Shown here: piece after piece, positions 40,443 to 51,890 of the stretch
Numbering within the stretch: the first letter of the stretch is position 1
How the letters are laid out: each line of letters starts with the position of its first letter
Origin: a virus
Direction: 5' to 3' (one strand)
Length of the DNA: 64,000 nt
IMG/VR virus record: IMGVR_UViG_3300009506_000009
Location: 34,894-98,893 of that record
Translations under genes and position numbers: made by a program
Notes under the pieces: model-generated
Told to the model about the DNA's origin: nothing
Seen by the model: the letters and a program-made list of their open reading frames with translations, nothing else
Database searches by the model: none

Positions 40443-41222
40443 ATGATACAGTACTTGCTCAGTGAATGGGAAATTAACGGCTATAGTGACAGCGACTTTG
40501 AAGGTGCCGTTTGGGATACCGAAGCAAACAGTGTGAAGCGTATCATGTTGGGAACCACCCGCTTTGCGGCACCGATCACCTATGACGGTATAACTGTTGG
40601 AGATATCCCGGAGGATATAATTGTAAAGGCACTCTCATGGTTGTCTGATGCAATCTACCACGATATGTGGCACCATGAACATAATAAGATTGCTTGCCCT
40701 AATGATGTCCGTCCAGGCGACCGTGTGGTGCTTCAGGAGGACCGTCGTAATCATAAAAAAGTCTCCATTGAGACTGCTTGTCACAAGTGTGAGGGGACAG
40801 GTGCCTGGGTTAATCCACACAACACAGAAGATGTCCGGGAATGCTTTGCATGTGATGGTAAAGGGGTACATATCTCGTTTGAAAAGGCCCCGAAGGTAGA
40901 CGGTAAGTTACAGTGGGACACTTTCAAGGCTGGTGATGCGGGTATCGTAACCTGGGTGGGGACATTCCGACAAATATGGCATAATGGCGGGTACAATCGC
41001 CGGGATCGACACACTTTATCTGTGCGTGTTCTAATGGATGATGGGCGTTTGATGAATTGTATGCTGGATCAGCTTAGCCTGGAGCATGAACCCGATAGTG
41101 ATAATGTATTACGTGAGCGTGCTAACAGTCTGGCATTGAAGTGCCAGTTTGGTAAGGCACTTAATCCCCGCCACGCTTGGGATACTCGTAACTATCTCAG
41201 GGAACAGCTAAATGGAAAGTAG
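40443..41222 (+). CDS. protein with DnaJ-type Zn finger
   Basis: CHKCEGTG...CFACDGKG. Confidence 0.6.
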   Translation: MIQYLLSEWEINGYSDSDFEGAVWDTEANSVKRIMLGTTRFAAPITYDGITVGDIPEDIIVKALSWLSDAIYHDMWHHEHNKIACPNDVRPGDRVVLQEDRRNHKKVSIETACHKCEGTGAWVNPHNTEDVRECFACDGKGVHISFEKAPKVDGKLQWDTFKAGDAGIVTWVGTFRQIWHNGGYNRRDRHTLSVRVLMDDGRLMNCMLDQLSLEHEPDSDNVLRERANSLALKCQFGKALNPRHAWDTRNYLREQLNGK

Positions 41223-41235
41223 TTTCTAACTACCC

Positions 41236-41282
41236 TTGACAGGATACCGCACTCGTGGTATCCTATTTGTATCAACTGATAC
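41236..41282 (+). promoter_or_regulatory. sigma70 promoter with internal inverted repeat and downstream 14-bp palindrome
   Basis: TTGACA-17-TATCCT; AGGATACC/GGTATCCT; GTATCAACTGATAC. Confidence 0.75.
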
Positions 41283-44200
41283 ACGGAGGTAACGATGTTA
41301 ATTATAAACGATGAACTAACTTGCTCAGTCTGTGGGGCTTATGCCCAAGGCAATGGCTATTGTGCCAACGGTCATGAGTTTGGACCTAACTTGTTCCAGG
41401 AATGGGAGGATCGTTGCATTACTGACGATGAGCTTGCCAATATGGAAGAGGACTTGATCTGCAATCCGAATGGTTGTGGATCATGCACCGACTATGATAC
41501 TTGTGAGTTCTATGATGGTGAAGAGGACCTGCCTTTACCGTTTGATGCTGAGAGCGAGAGGCAGTACATCTTAGCACGCAAACGCAACTACCAATCAGAA
41601 TAAACGGAGGTTGATGTTATGCTAAAAGCTGTTGTGTCACTTGTGCTCTTCGCACTTATGATTGCATTACTAGCATTCAACTATTGGTGGCTTGTTATTG
41701 TCGTTTTGGCAGGCATGACCACCGTCTCATTAATTGACACCATCAAAAATGGTAACCCCACATCTTGGAGGAATGAATAATGAAAGACTTCATCAGTTTT
41801 CTGTGTGTTGTTCTCCTGGTTCCTGCCCTGGTTGGTGAGCATAATCCAAACGCAGTGATCAACGCTCAGGGATATACGCTGTTTCAGTTACAGGCTATCA
41901 TGTATGTTCTGCTGACCTTTGTCAACAGATTATGGGTGTTCTTCTTCGTTCCTAAACGAGACCTGGAGAAAGAACTTAGTGAGCTTGATATGCGGGTGTT
42001 ACGCTTATCCAATCGTGAAGCTACACTAACAAAAGCTGTCAATGAGTTATCTGATTATCTATTGCGCCTAGTAAACCACCTTCATAAAAAATAATGCACA
42101 CACTTCAAGATGTTCTCCCAAATAAGGATCAGCGATGGGAGTTGATTACCAACATGACGGTAGGCGTATACCATGGACGCATACCCATTGGGATAGATCG
42201 CTATGGGCGCAAGATACTGGTGCTTCTACGTATCCCCAATCATGGTAAGTTCGTTGAGATTATATATAACCCAGGTGGTCGCAAACCTGTGGTAGAGAAG
42301 ATTAGGCCGGAGTAGACTATGTATGTTGTTGAACAGACGGTAACTAAAACCTTCCCTATAGGAAGTGATGCGTTGGGACTGGAGAAGAGGTACAAATGAT
42401 TTGGCATACACTGGAAGAAACACGACCAAAATACTTGCAGTATGTGGTCCTGCGCTTGAAGGGACACATGGCTGTTGTCGGCTGGCTTCATACCACCAAT
42501 CAGTTCTTGGGTTGGGGTGGTGGTCCTGCCACATCTGCTCTTGATGAAGGGTTGATCTTGCGATGGGCTTACCTTGATGATGTACTCAAGTGCACAGATG
42601 ATCAGGATGCTTTTGCTCAGGGCAAAGCATTGCGGAGGTAAGAGATGACTTGGAAGATGGTAGAACTAGAAGAAGGGACCCCCGTTGTCTACGTTGGTGT
42701 GTATGTATTACACTGGCGTCCTGAATGGGGACAACCAGACGTTGGGTTTGTCTCGGAAGAACATGATGAAGAGGATGTTGCAGACCTTATCACTGAGAAT
42801 GCGAGGTTGCGTGGTAAGTTAGGGGAGTATACTACCACTGACGAACTAGGTAAAGACAGATCACAGGATGCAGACTGGTTGCGAGTACATTACTTCGAGG
42901 CTCGAAAGGAAAACGAGCGCATGAAACAGGGGATCAGTGAGGTTGTTGACATGTTGGATGAAGCTATTAAAGCTAACGAGCCTTACACGTTCAACAAAGC
43001 GGTTAGGAACTTGAACAAGCAATACCGCAGATTGATTGGTATGCTAGAAAGGATTGCTGATGCGTGACTTTGAATGGTACTGCCCATACTGTGAGGAGTA
43101 CTTATACCCGGAAGAAGTTACCTTCGAAGAGACCCATGATGAAAGAGAAGGTGGGTGTGGTCACCCGGTGCAAGGTATCCCTGACCCAAACGACGGTCCT
43201 TACGATACATTAGAGGAAAAGTATATGTAATGTGGAGGTGACAAATAATGAATATCAAAATGTTTAAGTTTTGGATCAATGTTAGGAACATCCTTATTGC
43301 AGGAACGGTGTACGCTTATAGTGAGAAAGAAGCCAGAGAAGAAATTAATATGTTCTTCTATGGTGCAGTTAATGAGCCGTGTGTGCTTTCATTCCAGGGG
43401 TACACCACTAGTTCTGGAGGTCCTGGAGTATACTCCTTCGTAGGGGAGCATGAATAATGGATGACAATGAACTGTTAAAACTTGCTACTCGTTTGTTGTG
43501 GGTACTGCACAACAGCCCATATGAGATGAATGCCAAGGTCACTTTTATAAATGGGGTTCATCATGGTCGTGTTGAATGGCATGACCCTGCTGGTAGAGAG
43601 TATAAGCGTCGATGGGTACACCAAACCATGCAAGCCGTAGTCTCTGAGTTTACTGCTGATGTTATGGCAGGTATCTATGGTTTAGAAGCTGTATATGTAC
43701 CAGAAACAGGACGAGATGAGCCGATTGTCATCCAATATGAATGGAATGACTACCCTAAGACCTTCTACTTTGGGTTCCCAACTGCACGTCAGCACCGCAA
43801 ATGGATGGATGTACATGGAGGATGGTTGACCTGGGCACCGCTTCGAGGTCTGCGCTGAGTACTTGACAAGACAATAGACCTGTGCTATGATTCGGGTATA
43901 GTGAAACGGAGGTAACAATGTCAGCACTTGATAGACCAGTAGGAATGACTTGGGTTACACCCAACATGGTTGGAGATATCCCCGGACTGTTTACCAAGGG
44001 CAAGCCGTTATATGTTGATGGTAGTTGGGTTGAAGCCTTCACACCTATGCGAATATGGCATGGTGTATATGTTCGTAAGCTATACCCACAGGCATCTGCC
44101 AAAGATGTCAACGAACACGAGGTACTAGATTGGCCTGATGTTGAGTGGGTTATCTGGCGTGAACTATATGAATGGCACTTCTTGTCTGAATACCCCATCA

Positions 44201-44727
44201 AGTATAAGTACTATATTGCATATGACAAACACTACCGCATCAAGGCCCTGGTCATTGATGAAAATTGCAGGCTTGAGTTCAGCATTAAAGATGTTAAGTC
44301 TTCTTTGACCGAGATCAAGAAGATGCTTGAAGCCTACTACTCTTGACAAATAGGAGCAACTAAGGTATAATTAGCTACATGAACAAAGTGTACTTTAATC
44401 AACCAATCCAACTATTGTATAAGCCAGCGTCAGGTTTGCTGGCTTTTGGTCTTGGTGAAGTAACGGAAGATGCTCTAGCGTCCGTGCCCCAAGGCGAGTT
44501 ACTAATCCAGGTGGGGGATCATGTGTCAATTGATACAGGGAGAAAGTTTAGAGGGGCTATAACAGATATATGGCTAGTAGTTATAGGCACAGATGAGACC
44601 ACGGTTGCTCACATCATTGAGACCAAAGACCTGCCTGCTAGTATGAAGGCCCTTGAGTTGCCTTTTGAGCAGGTCATTAGTATCTTTCGCATTGCAGAGA
44701 AGGACATCACTGGCGGAGGCCCATACT

Positions 44728-45156
44728 TTGTTAAACCATAACTTCCCAACGAATGCCGCAGTGGGTGTGGTTGGTAGTCGTACATTCAATCACAAGCCGT
44801 GGCTTTTCTCTGTTCTGGATTATTACCACACCACCTATGGTATCCGTGAGATTGTATCCGGGGGTGCCATAGGTGCAGATACTTTTGGGGAGGAGTGGGC
44901 TAAGTTAAAGCAGATCGAGAAGCTGACCATTTGGCTGGCCCAGTGGGATAAGTTTGGTAAGTCCGCAGGTTTCATCCGCAACCCCAAAATTGTAGAGAGT
45001 AGTGAAATCGTGATAGCATTCTTAACTCCTACGAGTACTGGGACGCATAATACGATTGACTACGCAACCACGAAAGGTACACCAGTAATCATTTGCAAAC
45101 ATGCACTCGATTACATTGGCCTGGAGGTAAATGATTATGAAATTAAGAATTGTTAG
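44728..45156 (+). CDS. SLOG/DUF2493 (YspA-like) nucleotide-binding protein
   Basis: VGVVGSRTF, IVSGGAIGAD, GKSAGFIRN; start codon uncertain. Confidence 0.8.
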   Translation: MLNHNFPTNAAVGVVGSRTFNHKPWLFSVLDYYHTTYGIREIVSGGAIGADTFGEEWAKLKQIEKLTIWLAQWDKFGKSAGFIRNPKIVESSEIVIAFLTPTSTGTHNTIDYATTKGTPVIICKHALDYIGLEVNDYEIKNC

Positions 45157-45724
45157 AGTACTTGCGACAGTGTTATTATCCCTAGTCATGGTTATGACTG
45201 TGGTATTATCTGTTCAAGCAGGCGAAGTGATTGATCCCGATACGGCATCCATTTATGTTACCGATGCAGTCTGCAACACAGGTGATATAGGCAAAGCCTA
45301 TGTATCTATGCATGACCCGAATACTATCATCGACGCCTTGGTATTCTCCCTTGATGTCAGTGATGGGATCACTGCTACTAGTGTGATTGGTGAAGGGGAT
45401 CATATGCAGTGGATTATATTTGATCCGACTGATCCTGATGGGGAGGTTGACTATGCGGAAGTTGATCTGTTTGGCAACCCAATTCCATCTGGCCTGATTG
45501 CGACAGTTGAGTTCGATTGTGATGAACCTGGGACTTATGCGATCTCGTTCTCCAGTGATCCAATGCCTTCGGCTGGTGGGGATGGACAAAGCATCCCTTT
45601 GCTCTTAGGTGAAGCAACAGTCCAGGTACAGTCTAACCCTACCGCAGTTAGTATATGGTCTTTCTCTGCTCACAGTTGGAGCATCTTTGATTGGTTCCGT
45701 GAGTGGTTTAATTGGGGCAACTAA
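45137..45724 (+). CDS. secreted protein with cohesin-like beta-sandwich
   Basis: Signal peptide ending VQA; GLIATVEF; C-terminal NPTAVSIWSFSA. Confidence 0.55.
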   Translation: MKLRIVRVLATVLLSLVMVMTVVLSVQAGEVIDPDTASIYVTDAVCNTGDIGKAYVSMHDPNTIIDALVFSLDVSDGITATSVIGEGDHMQWIIFDPTDPDGEVDYAEVDLFGNPIPSGLIATVEFDCDEPGTYAISFSSDPMPSAGGDGQSIPLLLGEATVQVQSNPTAVSIWSFSAHSWSIFDWFREWFNWGN

Positions 45725-46759
45725 TGTACTTACTTGCAGGGTACGAACCCTTACCATTAAAAGTTTTCATTGTCCACCGTACCTTGTTCGGTAGTGAAGA
45801 GGAAGCACAGAAGTTTCTCCAGGATGCAGACCTGGAGAAGTTCTCATTCCTAAAACCGATGACCATTCAGCAGGTGGCTGAGCATGTCACATCCAATGGG
45901 AAGGATGTACTATTGGTTCCTGTTGATCCTATTATCCCGGAGGAAATATGAGAGTTGAAGCTAGATTATTGATTATATTTTTGCTGGTTGTAGTTGTGTT
46001 GTTCGCACCAATAGGCTGGACCATCTTTGCCTTCATTGCATACCTATTAACTGAGTTATGTATTTGGGCACAGAATAGTGGGGCTATGGAGCCGTTCCTT
46101 GGTGGTACAGTACTACGCCCATGGCGTGATCGATGGATCACATGGAGGCTTGCTAATCCTGACAAGCAGGTTGATGAAGACCCGGACGAGCCATGGTTGC
46201 CTAGGTCATTAAAAGCATACTATTCCAGACTTGCGTTAGCTTTACAGTTCGAGAAGGCTAAGAGAGAGAAGCAAGAACAGGACATGAAAGCGGTTCATAA
46301 GAAAATATCTAGGAATGAAAGGCGCAGGAAATCATCGCATGCCAAGGAAACGTAAGTACGACGACATCTACCATGCGGTCTTTCAGATGACCGGGAAGGA
46401 TAAGAAGGGATACATGTCCATCTGGTTGAAGAGACACCCAGGTAAAGAGAAAGTCTGGATCACTGATGTAGCTCCTTACCTTGACCCACCCTACTTGTTA
46501 TGGAGTGCACCAAGAGAGAACCCGATCCTGAGCCTGCTTAACATCATCATCGAAGAGAATGACTTGGACATAGATATCAAGGAAGTACTCAGACAAAGGG
46601 TAGAGGTGTATGAATGTGAAGAGTGTGGTCTCAAGGTGGTGTATAGAACGAAGCATGAAGATAGGTTACTCTGCCTGAAATGTTTCTCTCAAAGTACCCT
46701 TGACGAAAATGAATAGTCATGATAGAATAAAGGCATCTTCAAAACGGAGGTGTCTTTTT

Positions 46760-47248
46760 ATGTTGTGTCCAGAGTGTAAAGAAGAAGTTAATAAGCGAGT
46801 TGATGGTTGCTGTCCAAACTGCTGGACACGAGTGGAGTACTTTAAGGGGAAAGATGGTACTCGACTACTATACCGCACCGATGACGACCGACCCCCAACA
46901 CAACTAATGAAGTACTGGCTAAAGCTAGTCAGCGAACGGCTCACCAGTGAGACAGGCAGAGATGTCAACTATGATATCCCCAAGCGACAGTTGCAGAAGT
47001 ATCAGAAAGAGATTGCTCTAGCTGAACAGCTTCTATCCATTGCTGACTGGGATATGGAAGTTGCTAAGGTTGCTCTTGAACTTGCTGTACGCAACGCATA
47101 CCGTGCGCCTTCAACTTTGACTTGGACCATTGATGAGTTCCCCCTACAGGTTGCTGTTGCCAGGGCAACTATTGAAGAGACAACTAAGAAGACATCAGAA
47201 GACTTCACAAAGGAACAACTAGCAGGGAGACAGAACGTATGGGAGTAA
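46760..47248 (+). CDS. Zn-ribbon protein preceding the polymerase
   Basis: CPEC...CPNC; GGAGGT RBS; promoter TTGACG-17-TAGAAT at 46700-46728. Confidence 0.6.
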   Translation: MLCPECKEEVNKRVDGCCPNCWTRVEYFKGKDGTRLLYRTDDDRPPTQLMKYWLKLVSERLTSETGRDVNYDIPKRQLQKYQKEIALAEQLLSIADWDMEVAKVALELAVRNAYRAPSTLTWTIDEFPLQVAVARATIEETTKKTSEDFTKEQLAGRQNVWE

Positions 47249-49206
47249 CTACTTATGATGACGGCCTATCTGTCTTAAAAAATCCCCACATTGTGACGGA
47301 TGTTGTCACAGCGGCACAGATTCCTCATCAGCTTGTGCTGAAAGATAAGTTCTCTTTCGATGTTGAGGCATCGTCTCTATACTTTCATGAGGCACACCAC
47401 CACGGAGTAGCTGTTGCTACCGATACAGATGAGTGGTACATCACGTATGGAGTGCACAAAGCTTTTTACAGAGAAGCGGCTAAGGTAAACCTATTCACTC
47501 GTCGCTGGTCCTTCATGCACAACGCCGCTTATGATGTCCCCTTTATTCGCAGGCACATCCCAGGCATTGAAGTCAAAGTCTTTTGTACCCTATTAGCTCA
47601 ACACACTATTGATGAGAACCAAGGGTTAGGGTTGAAGCCCCTGGCACAGGCCAAGCTTGGTGCACCTCGTAACCTTGCGGACTTTGCTGAGCTACAAAAA
47701 GAAGCCGCAAAGTTAGCCGACATCCGTGGACATAAAAAGATGCGGGTATGGGACTTCAACTTTGAACACCTTGCGTACTACGCTATGCGTGACGTGCGAT
47801 ACACCTACGATCTTGGTCTGCTCTCGGCTAAAGAGCTTCGAGAGATTGGATTGTGGGATGTGTTCACAGAGTATATTATGCCTGTGTTCCCGCTGATCGT
47901 AGAGATGGAAGATGCAGGCGTATACATTGACCGCACTAAACTTGCAGAAGTTACTGCTGAGTACAAGGCAGAGCTAAGTAGACTACAGACACTGTGGGAT
48001 CAGAAGACAGACAATGTAAACCCACGCAGTACACAACAGATGTCTGCTTTGCTATACGATAGGCTGGACCTACCTATAATTGCCAACACTGCAAGTGGCA
48101 ACCCATCGACTAGCTCTAAGACAATCCAGAGATTGAAGGATCGTCTGGAGATCACGGAGCCAGAGCACCCACTTAACCTGTTCATTGAGATATCTAAGTT
48201 ACAGACCTTAGTCAATGTGCTTGATACTACAGACTACAGCATTGAACCAAATGGTAGAGTGTATGGTAAGTTTAACCAGACCGGAGCACGCACAGGACGA
48301 ATGTCCTCTTCCGGCATGGATGACATACACGGCAATAAAAAGGGTCTGAACAACCAGAACATTCCTAGTCACACTATCGAAGCTGTCCGTGTTCGTGAAA
48401 CCTGGGCCGCACCACCAGGAAAATTACTAGCTGTGTTGGATTATTCTCAGCTTGAGTTGAGACTAGCCGCACACTTTATGGCTAAGTATATATACTTGTT
48501 ACAATCCAAAGGGCAGACAACGTATCGCACCTGGATGCAAAGGTACAACAGTGTCCTTCAAGTTCCCGAAGTTCCCCAACTTCTCCAGGTGTTCAAGGAT
48601 GGTAAAGACCCACACCAGATGACTGCTGATGCAGTCGGTGCTCCACGTGCCGCTGGAAAGACCACAAACTTTGGTACGTTCTATGGCATGGGTCCTAACA
48701 AGTTTATTGTGCAGATCGAACTAGCTACTGGCATCAAGTACTCTATGAAGGATGCTAAGAAGTTCCTTAGCGGGTTCAGCGTTGCTTATCCAGAGTATCC
48801 TATCTGGCAAGATGCTGTCCTTCGATACTGTGAACGCCTCGGCTACGTGCAAACAATCACTGGGCGTAGGAGAAGACTACCAGCCATCACCAGTAGTGAC
48901 TGGGGTGAGAAGTCTCGTGCCCAACGACAGGCTGTAAACTCTATTATTCAAGGCAGTGCGGCTGATATCATGAACCTAGCCAACTTGAACGTGTACCGAT
49001 TGATCCAGACTACTCCGTTCTACTCTGGTATGCGGTGCATTGGACAGGTACACGATGAGTTAGCCGTCGAGGGAACCAAAGAACAGCTTGAACATATCTT
49101 CGAGCCGATGGAACGGATCATGGTAGGGGCTGGTGAGCACTTCAACTTGTTGGTCAAGTTGGATGTTGATGGTGGTATTGGACCTAATTGGAAGGAAGCA
49201 AAATGA
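47239..49206 (+). CDS. polA: family A DNA polymerase (3'-5' exonuclease + polymerase, no 5' nuclease)
   Basis: FDVE, HNAAYD, YAMRD; TGRMSS, DYSQLELR, KTTNFGTFYG, QGSAAD, QVHDEL. Confidence 0.95.
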   Translation: MGVTTYDDGLSVLKNPHIVTDVVTAAQIPHQLVLKDKFSFDVEASSLYFHEAHHHGVAVATDTDEWYITYGVHKAFYREAAKVNLFTRRWSFMHNAAYDVPFIRRHIPGIEVKVFCTLLAQHTIDENQGLGLKPLAQAKLGAPRNLADFAELQKEAAKLADIRGHKKMRVWDFNFEHLAYYAMRDVRYTYDLGLLSAKELREIGLWDVFTEYIMPVFPLIVEMEDAGVYIDRTKLAEVTAEYKAELSRLQTLWDQKTDNVNPRSTQQMSALLYDRLDLPIIANTASGNPSTSSKTIQRLKDRLEITEPEHPLNLFIEISKLQTLVNVLDTTDYSIEPNGRVYGKFNQTGARTGRMSSSGMDDIHGNKKGLNNQNIPSHTIEAVRVRETWAAPPGKLLAVLDYSQLELRLAAHFMAKYIYLLQSKGQTTYRTWMQRYNSVLQVPEVPQLLQVFKDGKDPHQMTADAVGAPRAAGKTTNFGTFYGMGPNKFIVQIELATGIKYSMKDAKKFLSGFSVAYPEYPIWQDAVLRYCERLGYVQTITGRRRRLPAITSSDWGEKSRAQRQAVNSIIQGSAADIMNLANLNVYRLIQTTPFYSGMRCIGQVHDELAVEGTKEQLEHIFEPMERIMVGAGEHFNLLVKLDVDGGIGPNWKEAK

Positions 49207-49808
49207 ACCACGCACACTTACTTACTACAGATAGTTATGATGATGTTGGTACATTGCTTGAAGCCATCCACAATGCTGTTGGTGGCTATGATCAAGCACA
49301 TGTATGGGCAGAAGTACCAAATACAGTCAAGGCAGTTGTATACACTACTCTTAGTCGTGAGTGGGTATACAAAGCACTATGTCATGAATGTAATGAACAT
49401 CTAATCGCTCGGATTGAAACTTTGTTCTAGGTTGACAATGGCAAGACTTAATGTTATAATAGGAGCTATGAATATGGAAGAAACCTTACGGCAAGACCTT
49501 ATACCAGCAACACAAGTTATCAAGTTTGTCACTGCTATAGAGGTAGTCCGACAAGTCAGTGGAACTGTTGATCTTTTAGGTGTTACAATCTATACCCATG
49601 ACAAGGGACAGGCTGTACTGTGTGGTTTGCCTGCTGAGCCTGATGAGTACCATCTGGTCACCAGCATTCTTGTGTCACCAAATAATGCAGTGGCACGCAT
49701 ACGTCCTGGCAAAGGTCAGAACACAATCATCTATGAGTTCATTGGGTATGCAGAAGCAGTTCTCTATCCACACATTCCTACCATTCTAAACATCCTTTAG
49801 GAGGACCT

Positions 49809-50873
49809 ATGTCCGACGAGGCAAAAAGATACCAATATGCTGAAGTCCAACATATTGGTGCGCTTGCACGCAACAGTAAGAAGCAATGGGGAGACCCTGT
49901 TGAGAATAGGAAGCGGCTAGTCCCCTATGGGTTCGGTCCTATTGATAATGCTCTCTATGGTATCCTTCCAGGTCGCAACTTCTATGATGCTCCTGCTGAG
50001 TTTGGTGTTCTTCAGGGGCCTGAGAAGGGGCGTAAGTCCACTACCATGCAGAACTTTGTCAAGAATGTACAGACCTATGCTCGACTCAAAGAGAAACCTA
50101 CTATGGTTATTGATATCCTGGAGTCAAGCTCAGGTCCTGAGATTGTCAAGGACAACTTTGTATGTATGATTGCTTCAGAGTATATCATGCAGGTAGGACA
50201 TACCAGTCATCAGCCTTGTAAGCTGTGTGGTGGAAAGCAGTGTCGTGAGCTAACCTTGTCTTCCCGCTCATTACCCTTCACTACTAAGTCTCGACTGCAA
50301 CAGCGTGCCATTGACCGTGCCTTACAAGATATAGAAAGCTGGAACCTGTTCCTGTTTGGTCCAGGTTTATCAGAAGGCAACACTCGTGATATGGATGGTA
50401 CATTGCGCCGTTGGAAGTGGCTGGCAGAAAATTATGGTGCCACTATCTTTATCCCGGACCATGTGCAACAATATAATCTTGCCAACCAACGAGGTGGATT
50501 ATCGGATTATGAGAAACAACAGGTTGTAGTACCTGCTCTGAGCACATTCGTTGGGCAAGAACGACTGACTGTATTAGCTTTGTCTCAATTGAGCCTAGGC
50601 ACACGCAAAAGTGATGGTCGCCAGTATGCAATTGGTGGTGCTCGCATGGCGTCCGAGGCTAATACTGTCTTACAATCATACTATGATGAGGACAATCCTA
50701 CACAGGTTGCTGTACGCATTATGGAGTCACGCTACTCTGGAAAACTAAAAGCGTGGAGTTGGATCGATCCATCATCTGGTTTGTTTCATGGAGAGATGGG
50801 GTATGACCCGCTCATTCCACAAGAACGAGAAATGACTGACGAAGAAAGAGAGAATAGCCCATTTAATGACTAG
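49809..50873 (+). CDS. DnaB-like (SF4) helicase domain
   Basis: GVLQGPEKGRKST, IPDHVQ, LALSQL, ESRYS. Confidence 0.65.
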   Translation: MSDEAKRYQYAEVQHIGALARNSKKQWGDPVENRKRLVPYGFGPIDNALYGILPGRNFYDAPAEFGVLQGPEKGRKSTTMQNFVKNVQTYARLKEKPTMVIDILESSSGPEIVKDNFVCMIASEYIMQVGHTSHQPCKLCGGKQCRELTLSSRSLPFTTKSRLQQRAIDRALQDIESWNLFLFGPGLSEGNTRDMDGTLRRWKWLAENYGATIFIPDHVQQYNLANQRGGLSDYEKQQVVVPALSTFVGQERLTVLALSQLSLGTRKSDGRQYAIGGARMASEANTVLQSYYDEDNPTQVAVRIMESRYSGKLKAWSWIDPSSGLFHGEMGYDPLIPQEREMTDEERENSPFND

Positions 50874-51831
50874 TGATCTAATCCCTTACGATTACAATGA
50901 CGCCATCACTGGGTTCCTTGAAGACATCGGGATCGTCCAGGAAGTTGGCAACGAGAAAGGTACCGATGAGCAGAAGCTGAGAGCTATAGTTTCTGCTCTT
51001 GGTAGTTTATTCTCAATGCAGGTACCTACCATTGGCAATGATCCTATGCAGACTTTGCGTGAGATCGCACGGGATACAAAGCTTGCTAACATAGCAAGGG
51101 AGCGAGCCTTCTATAAACTGTATCTTCTTACTAGACGCACCAAGGAATTGGAGACTGGAGTAACCGTACCAATGTGGTACGGTATAACGAACGATGAAGA
51201 AGAAGTCTTGGGTACACAAGAGGATTTCATCGGCTGGTTTACATCCAAATCTGGCCTGGGTAGGGCTTCCACCTTTCGTAGGCTAAGGGTTTACCAACGC
51301 CTTGAAGAGTTTGGAATTGATGGGCAGTCAGCTTGGCTTAAAGTTTTACAGATGCCAAATGCTATGCAGGAACTTACAAGCATCATAGCCAACTGGAACC
51401 GCAACCAATTCACTGGAGCAGATAGACAAATCGCTTTGGGGATCGCTGAGTATGTAATGCCAGAACAGAAACCACTATTGGAGCAGGCATTCCAAGATAA
51501 CCAAGACACCCAAACGATTAAAGAATTATATTCTCCTGTGGTGAGAGCCTTTATCAACGAGGTAACCACATACCAAACAGCAAAGTCAGCCCTGGAGCAT
51601 GTTAAAGTAGATATCCTTGGGTCTGCTTCTGTTTCGTATAGGTGGTCCCCTGATGAGGATACTATTCTTGCAACAATTATTGTACCGACTATTGAGAATG
51701 GAGAATTAGTCTCAGAGAGTCTCCGGGAAATTGCAATATTTGTTGACGATCCTGAACCACCAGATGCATTGATGCAAGATTTATTCAAGAGGTTACCAAT
51801 TCGCAATAGACATGAGCTTCCGGGGGCTTGA
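50866..51831 (+). CDS. hypothetical protein, possible HTH
   Basis: 321-aa ORF coupled to the helicase; SGLGRASTFRRL. Confidence 0.55.
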   Translation: MTSDLIPYDYNDAITGFLEDIGIVQEVGNEKGTDEQKLRAIVSALGSLFSMQVPTIGNDPMQTLREIARDTKLANIARERAFYKLYLLTRRTKELETGVTVPMWYGITNDEEEVLGTQEDFIGWFTSKSGLGRASTFRRLRVYQRLEEFGIDGQSAWLKVLQMPNAMQELTSIIANWNRNQFTGADRQIALGIAEYVMPEQKPLLEQAFQDNQDTQTIKELYSPVVRAFINEVTTYQTAKSALEHVKVDILGSASVSYRWSPDEDTILATIIVPTIENGELVSESLREIAIFVDDPEPPDALMQDLFKRLPIRNRHELPGA

Positions 51832-51890
51832 CAGTATGGCGGTAGTGTGGTAGAATATACCCAGGTTAACCTAAAATATCGGAGGCTCTA

